Assembly (NCBI GenBank): GCA_028534125.1
Contig: CM052818.1
Coordinates: 4,280,001 to 4,344,000 of the forward strand
Direction of reading: 5' to 3'
DNA: 64,000 nt
Source of the DNA: Lama glama
Taxonomy: Eukaryota
Shown: in pieces, positions 12,810 through 24,211 of the stretch
Position numbering within the stretch: the stretch's first letter is position 1
Layout of the letters: each line of letters begins with the position of its first letter
Notes under the pieces: generated by a model
Seen by the model: only the letters and a program-made list of their open reading frames with translations
Told to the model about the DNA's origin: nothing
Database searches by the model: none
Made by a program: the position numbers and the translations under genes

Positions 12810-13850
12810 ATCCACACTGGCGGGGCGGGCGTGATGGGGAATGGGGCGAGGACCCGGAGTCGGGCCTCCGGAGCCGGCCAGGGCCTCGCGGCTCTCCGGG
12901 GCCGGCCGAGCCCTGCCACACTTACTCCCAGCAGCGGCCCGCGGCCGATCACCGTCTCCCCGGGCGCCAGGGCCACCCGGGGGCCGCCGTCCTGCGGCTG
13001 CAGCTCGAAGCCCCTGGACATGGCGACGAGGATGAGACCCCTTCGCAAGGAGACGGATCCCGCAGCCGCTTCAGCCTTCCATGGACAGCCGAGGGGCCTA
13101 AGCAGGCCCCGGGAAAACACAGGGGGAGAGGGGACAAAGCCTGCGCCCTGGCGTGTCCTGTCTGCGCGCAGCTTGGACCCCCGCGCGGGATACCGAGTCC
13201 CGCCTCTCCACCCGGACCAGGGACGCACTCGGGGGTTCCTACTTCACGCCGCCTCCAAACTATTGTTTAAAAGCCCCGGTTAAACACCCCCAGCCGTTCT
13301 CACCGCCCACACGGCTCGGAGGACGCCGGACCTTGTAGTTCGGCGCGCCCCACTTCCTCAGGGTTGCTGAGCTGAGACGCCCTTGGAAAACTACCCGTCC
13401 CAAGAGGCAACGCGCGCTCCTCTCTGCGCCTGTGCGAAATCGAGTCGGCAAGGCAGAGCTAGAGTGGGCGGGACTTGAGGGACTACGGGGAAGTATTCGA
13501 ATTCGGCGAATTTAAATCGCGGAAGGAGTGGTCGCTGCGGCCCAGTAGGTAGGGGAGGGTCTTCCCTTCCGGCTGACGTATGGCGGTCGTGCTTCGGGGC
13601 GCGGCCCTGGCGTTGGCGCAGCCTCCCTCGGCGGCCGGGAGCTGCGGTGACAGTCGGTGCTGACGGTTGTTTCCGTTGTTTACCTGTCAGTGCAGTGTTC
13701 CTTGGACTCCAGCAGCTGCCGCCAGCGCGGGGCACGCCAGGAGAGTGGCTCAGATGGGACGTGGGGCCGTTCCTTCCGACCTGCGCGGTCTACATGGGGT
13801 GGGGGCTCCCCGAGAGCCGGGCGTCGGCTCGGGATCCGAAGATCCCTCTC
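12810..13850. promoter_or_regulatory. CpG-island bidirectional promoter for APLF (-) and FBXO48 (+)
   Basis: CpG-rich; ZNF143-like actacccgtcccaagaggca (13390-13409), GC box gtgggcgggac (~13465), ETS cggaag (~13520); lies between divergent genes. Confidence 0.85.
12926..13021 (-). CDS. APLF: Aprataxin and PNKP-like factor, coding exon 1 (start of FHA domain)
   Basis: MSRGFELQPQDGGPRVALAPGETVIGRGPLLG matches the APLF N-terminus; 96 nt followed by GTAAGT donor; Kozak gccATG. Confidence 0.96.
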
Positions 13851-14253
13851 TTTGTGTGACACCTGAAACAGGGGTGAGCGCTCACCCACATAGAGAGGTA
13901 ATTCAGCAAAGTTTGGTCCATAAAGAAGGGGATAGCTTTCTAGGCATCCAGGCAAAACTGGACCTGGAAGAAGAAAAATGCCTAGTGGGATTTTGGGAAC
14001 CTCACCAAGTCACCCCCGAGTGTTAAATGAAAAAGCCTTCATCTGCCTCCTGTGAAATGACTAGCGGGAGCACACACTTTATTCCCACTGAGCTCCTGGA
14101 AGAAGTACACATGTGCATTTAAATGCACAGTAACTCCTATTTTCAAGAATAGAGTAGTTTGGCTTTGGTTTGTATTGCTGGGGGTGGAGGGGGTGGGGAC
14201 GGAGCTGGTGGCAAAAACTTGATTTTACCAGTTTGCTTTCTTACTTCCCCAAG

Positions 14254-14377
14254 CTGTCAAGGGGAAGTTCTCTGTTGAACACAGTCATTAAAATTCTAAC
14301 CACCGTAACTAAGTTGGATCACAAACAACCAAATGAATGGAAGCGTCTGTGGTCTGGGAAAGTCCAGAAACATATAG
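14254..14377 (+). other. FBXO48: Candidate FBXO48 5'UTR exon
   Basis: Pyrimidine tract + aag acceptor at 14253; AG|GTGAGT donor at 14377/14378; lies between promoter and first coding exon. Confidence 0.6.
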
Positions 14378-14945
14378 GTGAGTAGCACACCTGGAAAGAG
14401 GGATATGTCACTAGCTCAGCTGAAATAAGTGTTTAGCTGTTTCTGAAACCCCTCCTGCACCGCCACCCCTCGTTATAAAAAGAAGTGCAAAATGGAATCA
14501 ACTGATTTTAAGTAAACAGAACTGTCTTCACATGCAAAAATAGCTCCATTCTTTCAACTGATTTCAGAATGTACCTTAGGTAAATTAGCTGAAACTGAAC
14601 TTAAAGCTTTAGTCACATACTATATCTAGCTGAGTTATAAACATTATTTATAGTTCTTAGTCACTGTTGCTTATTGGCCTCGTGACTGTTATCTTAGTTT
14701 ATGATTAACTTAGATTATAATTAACTATGCATGTATGCATGCATATATATGTATGTTGAAGAAGCTGTTTCTAAAATATTAATCTTACAACTAATTGACT
14801 ATTGGAGACTTCATGTCATTATAACCCAGACCTCAACCTCTTCTACATTCCAGATAGGATCTAGAGTCTGATCTAAAGAGAGTGAGTGTTTTTAATCTTT
14901 GCCTTTTAGGCTACATATGACGATAATTTACTAAAACATCAAGCT

Positions 14946-15251
14946 ATGAAGAAAAACTCCAAGAGGAACAACAATTCAAGAGTTTCTAACATAGAATCGA
15001 ACTCTGTGGATACTGAGAAGGGAAAAAAAGAGAGTCAGAATAACTTTGTGGATCTGCTGCCTCCAGAAGTTACTTTTAAAATTTTCAGTCAGCTGGACGT
15101 CCAGAGTTTGTGCAGGGCTTCGATGACTTGCAGGAGCTGGAATCATGTAATAAGAAACAACGACTCCTTATGGAAACCTCACTGCCTGACTCTGAGAGCC
15201 GTGTGCCAAAGAGAGATCGATGATGATGTAGAAAGTGGTTATCCTTGGAGG
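14946..15251 (+). CDS. FBXO48: F-box only protein 48, first coding exon (exon starts at 14910; contains F-box)
   Basis: MKKNSKRNNN...LLPPEVTFKIFSQLDVQSLCRASMTCRSWN...GYPWR; acceptor ccttttag at 14909, donor GTAAGT at 15252; 102 codons. Confidence 0.96.
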
Positions 15252-15710
15252 GTAAGTTTAATCCTCGTCGTCTGCAGTGTTTTTTGACAACATGGTGGCA
15301 GTTTTGAACCCACTCCACCCTCTGCTCGGAGGAGGGAGCATCGCATACAGAGTGACGTACAGAGTGTGTTGGCTTTGGGGGTTAAAGTTGAATTATTATT
15401 CTTTTCCTGCAAGTCACGCGCTGTCTCGTCCATCCTTTTCCATTTTTTAAAATCCTAAATTTAGGCATGCACCTCTGTTAACCACAAGGGAAGTGGCTGC
15501 TTCATTTCACTCCACCTTATCCAGACCCCCACCGAACTCTGGCTCACTCCGTGATACATGCACAGACACACACACACTTACTGGTATATGTGTATATCAA
15601 TGTCAATATGTAATCTTTTCAGCCCTGTCAATCACATTCTCTAGTTTCAGACAAACTCACCCACCAACCACCTACTACGTTCTTTGACAATGCTGGTTTA
15701 CCTCTTTCAG

Positions 15711-15872
15711 GTAATACTCCTGAGGAATTACCAGAAGAGTAAAGTGAAACATGACTGGCTAAGTGGCAGATACAGCAACATATGTTCTCCTGTTAGCCTA
15801 CCAGAAAAAATCATGTACCCGATGGATGCGGACACATGGGGGGAAATTCTAGAAGCAGAAATGGAAAGATAA
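15711..15872 (+). CDS. FBXO48: FBXO48 last coding exon
   Basis: tttcag acceptor then VILLRNYQKSKVKHDWLSGRYSNICSPVSLPEKIMYPMDADTWGEILEAEMER*; total 155 aa. Confidence 0.96.
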   Translation, partial: VILLRNYQKSKVKHDWLSGRYSNICSPVSLPEKIMYPMDADTWGEILEAEMER

Positions 15873-16627
15873 GCAGAAAAATCACACACAGATCTCCTAA
15901 CTTTGAGAGTTTAAAAGCAAAATGACTCTTGAGGTTGTGAAAGGTGTATCTTTAACCGTCCACTTTTTGGTTTGCCTTTTTACTACTTGGCATTTAAAAG
16001 AAAACTAAGTAGAAAATGTAAAAATTAAGCTTTGTTTTTATTGTATGCTTTAGCAAAAAAAATGTTTCTGGTTTAATTGTAATGTGGAAAAATCATGAAA
16101 TATTGTTTATACTGTACTGATAGACTAATTTCAGAATGTACTATTTCATGTATTCGTGTTAGTCGGTTGCAGTGCATTCATGACAAGACAGTTCAATTGG
16201 TGCTTTTTACTTAACGATAATTTGAAAATTCAGGAAGCCATTTGAAGAAACTGACTTAGAGATTTAGTAATTAGTAGACATAACTAGGTTCATGGGAAGA
16301 CTCCCTAAATGAAATTAGTAGCGCTATGTTTAAATGTATAGTAAATTTATATTTCAGTAACTTTAAAGTTTTCATTTCTAGGGAGTCGAATTGAACTGTC
16401 AAAAGATTGAAACCATTTTAAAAATGTGTTAAACTTGTGGTTTAGTTTAAAATTAATCTGACCAGAGGGCTGAAACTTGAGATTAAGATTCCCCATTACT
16501 TGCCTACAAACCTGGAATTGCTCTCAGGGCTGAAAATATATGGAGAGTTTCCAGAGCACTTAACTGCCATCTAGGCCTCCGACCAATTTTTCTTGATAAA
16601 ACGTATCATCTTTCTGACAGCCTTAGA

Positions 16628-16641
16628 GCGCCATCTAGTGT
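16628..16641 (-). promoter_or_regulatory. Candidate CTCF site
   Basis: Minus strand ACACTAGATGGCGC, 13/14 match to CCASYAGRKGGCRS. Confidence 0.6.
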
Positions 16642-17289
16642 ACTACCGGTGCATAACCACGACAAAGGACTTCAACTCCTTTTTTCCTCCACTCTCAAAA
16701 GAAAGAAAAATATTATTTTAGACAAACCTACAGACTTGACTTTGTTGAAGTTTATTGCTTTATAAGAACCTTTAACTTTTTTTCTCTTTTTCTTAAAACT
16801 AGGTGATATAGTACTCACTGTACCCGATTGTTCATTTTGAATCTGTGGTCAGCACCATAGTTAAAAGTGTTTACAAAACATTGTAGTCATTATGGGTTTT
16901 TCTCCTTAAATTGTGCTCGACAGCATGAAAAATAGGAGTCCAGGAAACCAGGGTTTAACGAATAGGCAAATATCAGAAGGCTGCCCCACACTATACAAAC
17001 TCCGTTTTGTTGGGTCAAGTAGGCAATGCTTGATTGTCGCCTGCTGTCTTCGTAGAGTTGGAAGGCGCCTTGAACATCGGGCAGTCCAGACTCTAAGACT
17101 GTCCTGTAATCCCGCCATGGGAACGTTCTTCCTCTCACCCATCATTAATTCTTTTCTTGGCAAACTCTTGTAAAACTTATCATCTTGACCTGGAAACCAT
17201 CCTTAACTTTTACCGTCCTCAATTAAGTGACCCCGACCCTTTTAGGTTTCCTATAGTTCTTTGTGCATACCGTTCTCAGCACTGTCATA

Positions 17290-17470
17290 CTACCTTAAAT
17301 TGTCTGTTCTGTTTGTCTGTCTCCCCTTTTAGACTATGAGCTTTTTACACTTGATCTTAGCCAAAAGGCCAAGAAGCAATGACTGAGCTTTTCAATGGCA
17401 GGGACCATTTATTTATTTTTGTATTTCCAAACCTGGAACACAGTAGATATTCCATAAAGATGTATTAAAT
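17290..17470. mobile_element. L2 3'-end fragment hosting the U2 insertion
   Basis: tgtctgtctcccc...agactatgagct...ggcagggacc...tttgtatttcca...cacagtag L2-tail pattern. Confidence 0.6.
17346..17380 (-). pseudogene. 3'-truncated U2 snRNA retrocopy (nt 1-35)
   Basis: Minus strand attgcttcttggccttttggctaagatcaagtgta matches the U2 5' end with two CpG-type changes; TSD gactatgagctttt / gactgagctttt. Confidence 0.92.
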
Positions 17471-17510
17471 TATTTCTTTATTATTTATTTTAATCCTACC
17501 AAGAATGTAT

Positions 17511-17516
17511 AATAAA
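17511..17516 (+). terminator. Possible FBXO48 polyadenylation signal (AATAAA)
   Basis: First AATAAA I found after the stop codon; others follow near 17680-17698. Confidence 0.35.
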
Positions 17517-19433
17517 AATAATTTATCATATTGTTAGTGGACAAGATTGTATTGAAATGCAATGTACAACCCATAGAATATATGGGAAGCTTGATATGAA
17601 TGCTGACATGTGAATTATTCTTGTCTTCTCCAAAGCTGTGAGAGAAAAACAGGAAAGTAAACATTTTTAAAATTTTTTGAATAAACACTTGAAAATAAAT
17701 TTAACCCAGAAATATCACTTATTATTTTTAATTATTGGGTCACCCCCAATCAGTTTTAAACATTATTTTGTTATATGACTAATCTTTAGGTTTTTTCAGT
17801 TCTGTACTATGAAAACAATTCTTTATAAACTAAGTTATAAGCTATGATCACAGTCTACACTAACGGGAAAATTTTGGATACCTTTTATGGAATGGGCTTA
17901 GAATGAACTGTACATTTATCAGACCAAGCCATTAGCATCTCAGAACATGTGCAGGTGGAGCAGAATGGAAGGAAGGAAGGGGTGTTTTTACTCAGAGATA
18001 AAATGTCATGTGCACCCAGTTTGTAAAAAGAGACAAGATTATTGGGGACAGAGGATTAAGGAATTTCCAGTTTTTTAAAAATACTTGACTAGCTCAAGAT
18101 CTAGTTTTTTGGGTTTTTTTTTTAATTTAGAAATCTTTCTCTAGTTGCCTCTAGTTTATAACAATCTTAGACCAGGATAATCATCAATAAAAATTTACCT
18201 TAGAATAGTCATGTACACAAGCCTAATTTGAAAAATACACCCCTAACCGCTAATTTTCATCTTTGCTTTGACTTGATATGATATCTTCTTTCCAAAACTT
18301 CAAATGCCCTAGTAATAGTAATAAAAATAAGTTGAGGAGTAACACTAAGAAATGGCTTGGGAAGAATCATCCATAAGATTGACAATCACACATTTTTATT
18401 TAGAGTTGAAAGACCAAAACCATCAAATGGATGAAATTAGATCAGCAATGAACAAAGTTGATTAATTACAATAGCCAACATTTATTGAATGCCTACTCTG
18501 CCCCAAGCCTTGTGCTTATGTGGGGGGTACTAGTACTCCATACCCATTTTATGCCTGAGGAAACTGATAGTTAAGAGAATGATCTCATGTATCAAGTTCA
18601 ACCCTCCTCCCCAGCACCTATAAAAGTATGTAATACACAGTAGGTGCTTATTAAATTTTTATTTTGAACGAATTAAAAACTTCTATGAGAATGAGTAACT
18701 CAAACAAAAGAGCCAAGACTGTTCTTCAACTTTCCATTTTGAAAAATTTCAAACCCACAGAAAAGTAAAAATACAGGACAAAAAACTCTTACGTATACCC
18801 TTCGCCTAGATACACCAGTTGTTAACGTTTCCACATTTTCTTATTTGTTTTTGCTGAAGCATTTGAAAATAAGTTGCAGGCATGACATTTCACCCCTAAA
18901 TACTTCAGCTTTCATCTCCTAAGAGTAAGTACACTCTCCTATATACAATATTTCTCATCTAAAATTTTTTATATTAATTCACTAATATCATCTAATTTAC
19001 AATCCCTATTTAAGTTTAACCAATGGTTAACCAGAGTTAATCTGTTGAAAAGTAAAGACAAAGAAAACAATGAAAGCAGTCAAAGAAGACGGACAAACTA
19101 CCTCTGGAGAAACAGTAATTAAACTGAAAGATTTTTTTTTTTTAAGTCTTCTGAAATTCAAAGCAGCTAATTCCTTTCTTCTTAGCTGGATCCACCCTCC
19201 CCACAAAGCTCTGGATGCCTGTCTTCACAGGTGGAGGGCGACTTATTGGGGATGAAAAGTACAGTGGGAAGTGTTACCAGAAAGAAAAAAAAATCACCCA
19301 TTCTATTGTTCCTCTACACGGTAAAACATGGCAGGAAAAGGAAGAAAGAGTGAGAATGGTAGAGACTGAATAAGACCGAAAAAGGTCAGAGTACAAAGCA
19401 AGGATGCAAATCAGGTCTGACAAAAGCTCAGCA

Positions 19434-19584
19434 TTTTTTTTTTGTTTGTTTATTTTTTGGCAGAGGAGTTGGGGTAATCAAGTTTGTTTCTTTGTTTGTT
19501 TATTTTGATGGAGGTACTGGGGATTGACCCAGGATCTTGTGCATGCTAAGCACGCGCTCTACCACTGAGCTATACCCTCCCCCC
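19434..19584 (-). mobile_element. Camelid vic-1-type tRNA-derived SINE
   Basis: Minus strand gggggagggtatagctcagtggtagagcgcgtgcttagcatgcac...ctgggtcaatccccagtacctcc plus A-rich tail. Confidence 0.9.
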
Positions 19585-20351
19585 AACAAAAACTCTCTAT
19601 ATATTATAGATACATATATATATATATAAATTTTTATGTCCAACCATACTATAAATAACCCCACATTTTTAGTAAGCCCTTTTCACATTTTCCAACACCT
19701 CCCTAGTCCCTGCCAGTCAGGGCAGAATGGATGATAAAATAAGATAAAACTAGAGGTTTGCAAACCACACCAATTATGCCCTGTTAACCATAAACACTAA
19801 CTTGTCGAGGAAAAAAATTTTCACAACCATTTTCTGAGGCCTGTTTTACAGCTATGGGTCTTCTGAGCTCTGCAGGGAAGAAACTGACTGCTGGTTTCCC
19901 AGTTTGCTCATTTTGATTTAGTTTTAATACGACAAAATTATCTAGTTGAGCATCACACAGTGAAAGCCTGGTGGGAAATACATAAAATCATAAAAGAAGC
20001 TTTCTAAAAGTCACATTTGAAAATTTCTTAACTCAATGCAGTGTCTGTGTTTTTTATCACCAATAAGAAGCCTAGGCAGGATTTTCTGTTTTTTTCTTTA
20101 TTCTTTTAAGTTAATTATAATAATTTTAAAAGACTTTTTAGCATTGTTTTTTCCTGTGTGGCCTATTGTTTTGTCAGTTCAGCTTCTTTTTTCTCTCCTA
20201 GATTTCTTTTATAATATATTTTTAAAATTTACCTTTTCCCTAAATGTTTGTCTTGAAAATTTTCAAACATACAGAAAGTTCAAAGAATAATTTAATGATA
20301 CAATCAACCCAGATGATCCAATTGTTAACTTTAGCCACATTTGCTTTATGT

Positions 20352-20522
20352 ATAGCAGGTTTCTAGACATTGGCACTGTTGACATTTTGGGTTGTTTAAG
20401 GGGCTGTCCTGTACTTGTGGGATGTTTAATAGCATCCTTGGCCTCTAGTCATTAGATGCCAGGAGTCCCCCTTCCCAAATAGTGACACAGAAATGCCTCC
20501 ACGCATTGCCACATATCCCTGA
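20352..20522. mobile_element. MER20 DNA transposon nested in an old L1MC
   Basis: ggcactgttgacattttggg ... ggggctgtcctgt ... gcatccttggcctcta...tagatgccag ... cattgccacatatccc. Confidence 0.75.
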
Positions 20523-20869
20523 TACACAATCGCTCTATAATAAACACACACACACCACTTTTGTTGAGCTGAAGTATTTCAGACTAGGTTTTCAGGCCTC
20601 ATGGTATTTTACTCATAAATAACCACAGCATGTATTTCCTCAGGACATACACCCACTCTAATACAACCACAACTCCGTAATCATACCCAAGAAATTTAAC
20701 TTTCATACAATTGTGTATTATCTTAATACTCAGCTCAGATCCAAATGTCACTCAATTGATCACAGGAGAGTATGATTTCGAGCTTTTGAATGCTTGTCAA
20801 TCTGTTAGTGAGAAATATCTTAATGTAGCTTTTTGGCAATGATTTATTTTGAACGTTTTCAAACATACA

Positions 20870-22320
20870 AGAAAGTTGAGATAACTTCCTCAGTGTAGAT
20901 TTCATTTGCATTTCTCTTGTCATGAATTAGGTTCATACATTTAAAGGCACCTGTATTTTAAAGTCTTTGCTTTTCTCAAGTTTTGAGTGCTTTGTAAATA
21001 GAAGTTAGCTCTTTATCTATTGTATATGGCAATTATATTTCTCCCAGTTTGTCACTTGTCTTTTGATCTTGCTTGAAGTGGCTTTTTTCCCAAAACTTCT
21101 TATTAACGTAGTCAACTTTGTTGATGTTTTTCATTATTGCATCTGGATGATGAGCTTATTATAAAAGGGTTTCCCACGGCAAGACTATAAATAAATTAAC
21201 TTGGGTTTTTTTTTTTCTAGTATGTTTTTAGTTCACTTTTCCATTTGGAGTTTTTCCTGGAGTATGATGTATGTTACAGATCCCAAATGACTTTTTTTTC
21301 CAAATAACTGTGCAGTTGTCCTAACACTGTTTTCTAACAAGTCTGTCTTTAACCCAGTCAGTTGAGATGCCACTTTACCCATTAATAAAGTCTACTTGGT
21401 TCTATTTCTGAATTTTCAATTATATTCCAAATCTATCCATCTATTCATGCCATACTGTTTTGGTTATAGAGGATATAACAGTATTTCATATTTAATATTT
21501 CAATTAATATATTAGTGTTTAATAGGGTTATCTCTCCCCATTGATCCTTTTCCCATCAGATTTTCCTATACATTCATGTATGTTCATTTTTCCATGCAAA
21601 CTTCAGAATGTTGTCTAGCTTCAAGAAAAACACTTGCTGAAATTTTATGAAAGTAGTGTTAAATTAGGGATAAGTTACATACTTAGGATGTCAAATTATC
21701 TTACCGCAGACCAAGGAATTTATCTTGCAGGAATATTTTACGTTATTCCTCATATGGGTTTTGTACATTTCTTTTTAAGTTTATTTTTCAAGTATTTTTA
21801 TCTTTTATGCTGTTATTGGAAGTGAGATTTCCCCCTCCTTTATCTTCTAATAGGTTACCATCACAAATACACACACACACATACAGACACAGCATTAATT
21901 TTTGGACATTAATTTGTACATTTGTAGCTTGCTAATTTATTGAATTCTTTTGTTCATATTAGTGTTATTATTGATTCCCCTGCGGTTTCCAGATGTATTA
22001 TCACAGGACTTGCAAATGCAGTTTTACTTTTTTAACCCCAATACTTTATGTCCATATTGTTTCCTTGAATGAGTACACTGACTAATGCATCCGGCATGAT
22101 GTTAAACAGTGAACATCTTTGCTTTGTTCCTTACCTTAGTGGTAATGCTTCCAGTATTTCTCCATCATAACACTTCCTCTTTCTATTAAATATCTAAATC
22201 TGTATCTATAATTTGTGTATATATAATCATGTTAAGGGAATATCCATTAATTTCTATTTTATCTAATACTTTTTATTAGGAATGCGTAATGAAATTTATT
22301 AAGGGACTTTAAATCTATAA
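20870..22320 (-). mobile_element. Ancient L1 ORF2 fragment (decayed)
   Basis: T-rich antisense L1 text: atttgcatttctct, ccagtttgtcacttgtctttt, ctttgctttgttccttaccttagtggtaatgcttccagt. Confidence 0.6.
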
Positions 22321-22779
22321 ATTAAGTTGTGCATTTCTCACCCAAGAATGTTTAAGAAGTTTACAAATACTATGTTACTCTTCTACACACTATAACAATG
22401 GTTTCTTAGGTTGACATAACACGTGTATTTTCTCAGACCCAGAAAACCAACAATATTGAAGATCATATGCTGCAACTTTGAAAAACGTGATGAACAAGCA
22501 GCTTTCTTCTCTAATATAATCTTATCTATAATTATCTATTATACAATAATAATATCTTTCATGAATTAAGTACATTTTATGTGGCCATTTACCCATAAAA
22601 GTCTTGAAAAGTAGTTTTTGCCATCACTGTTTTAAAGATGCACACATGAAGACTCAAAAAAGCAAAGTAACTTAAATGGTATGAAATAGCTTTTACATGG
22701 GGGAGAGAGACTCTGACCCTGGGTCTGACTCAAACTTCTGCCACACAGTTCCTGAGACCTGGTGAATGCTAACCGGCTG

Positions 22780-22793
22780 CCAGCAGAGGGAGC
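22780..22793 (+). promoter_or_regulatory. Candidate CTCF site
   Basis: CCAGCAGAGGGAGC, 13/14 match to CCASYAGRKGGCRS. Confidence 0.5.
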
Positions 22794-23881
22794 GCTATTT
22801 CTATGGAAACTTAGACAAAGAACTTGAGCCAGAGAGGAAAGAGTTCATTTCAACTATGTTAACTGACTGGAAAATTTCAGACATCAGAATTTGTCTAACC
22901 CCTTTTAATTACAAATGACAGAACTGAAACTAGCCCTGCCCATCCCAGGTGAAAGGGTTGGACTGAGAGTCGAGTGGAGTCTTTCCTGGAAGAGAATATA
23001 GGATATAATCCAAAAATAATAAACAGATTCTATAGCAAAAAAGTTAAGATGTCAGGAAATATAATCCTCTCCAATGAAGAGATTCGCACTTTATACCGCC
23101 CTCCAGTCCTGCCCTGACCGCCCAGTGGGTTTCCACCTTAATCTCCAAAGGCACAATTAAAAACATCTGAATTCAATGTTTTTTTTGGTCCAAAAAAAAA
23201 AAAAAAGTCCACGTCATTATTCTGTGCAGATGTTTTTCCATGGGGGTATTGTTTCATTTTCCATGGGTTTGTTCTCCACATCTTCAGCTCCCTGCCTCCG
23301 CTGATTCTGTAGTCCTTTGAGGTTGGGCTGTAGTTGTGAGTTTATTGTACTGAGGTAATGAAATGCAAGCTCTGAAGTTGGTTCCAAAAGCTTAAAATTA
23401 GACATTCATGGTTTAACAGTCTTTAAAGGTAAAGAAATTTCTCAGCCTTTTACTAACATTGTGAACAAATTCCGCTCCCTTATATGAAAAGACTAGAAAA
23501 GGGATTCAGCCAGGAGTCAAGACACTTCTAGAATCACCTTTTATCCTTTCCCTTTGAAACTCTCTTAGGCAGAAAGAGTGAGCCAGGGACCTCGGGAAGT
23601 CGAGCAAGGTAATCAAAATTCACATGCAAGATTCCGTTTCATTTGAAAACACACCTGTCACGTGTAAGCTTTGAAATTTATCTTCTGAATTACACACTTT
23701 ATTATGTATACAATATCTACATCTCAGAATGGAAAGCAAAATGTTCCCAAGTACGATGTATAATTGTATCTCAGTATGACTTAGTTTTGACTCCATATGA
23801 CTCCTTTCCTGAACCTGCCGAGAGCACAGTATATTTGTGATACAAAAGTCACTGCTCGAGTTTAATGGACAGATATTTAAA

Positions 23882-24211
23882 GAGATATGTTCCCTCTATA
23901 CCCACTCATGATAAAAGTTTTTATCATGAGTGGGTATTGAATTTTACCAAATGCTTTTTCTGCATCTATTGAGATGAACGTGTGGTTTTTGTCCTTCCTC
24001 TGGTTGATGTGGTGTATCACATTGACTTTGTGTTGAACCGTCCTTGTGACCCTGGATAAATCCAACTTGACTGTAGTGTATGATCCTTTCTTTATGTGTT
24101 GTTTGATTTGGTTTGCTAATATTTTGTTGAGAATTGTTGCATATTCACTATGCTGTACGCCAGAAACTAAAACAACATTGTAAAGCAACTATACTTCAAT
24201 TAAAAAAAAAA
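23882..24211. mobile_element. 5'-inverted L1: antisense ORF2 RT fragment (23882-24142) fused to sense 3' terminus plus polyA (24143-24211)
   Basis: Minus ORF gives ILNKILANQIKQHIKK and HHINQRKDKNHTFISIDAEKAFGKIQYP (L1 RT); then attcactatgctgtacgccagaaactaa...cttcaattaaaaaaaaa. Confidence 0.85.

Noticed and set aside
12764..13283. Plus-strand 150-168 aa ORFs antisense to APLF exon 1
   Set aside because: CpG-island composition; no homology evident.
14854..14881. Micro-exon candidate (ccag| ... |gtgagt) before the FBXO48 coding exon
   Set aside because: The intron to the 14910 acceptor would be only 28 nt, too short to splice.
19500..19584. tRNA-Ala-like sequence (also ~27430-27500)
   Set aside because: SINE heads with A-rich tails, not tRNA genes.
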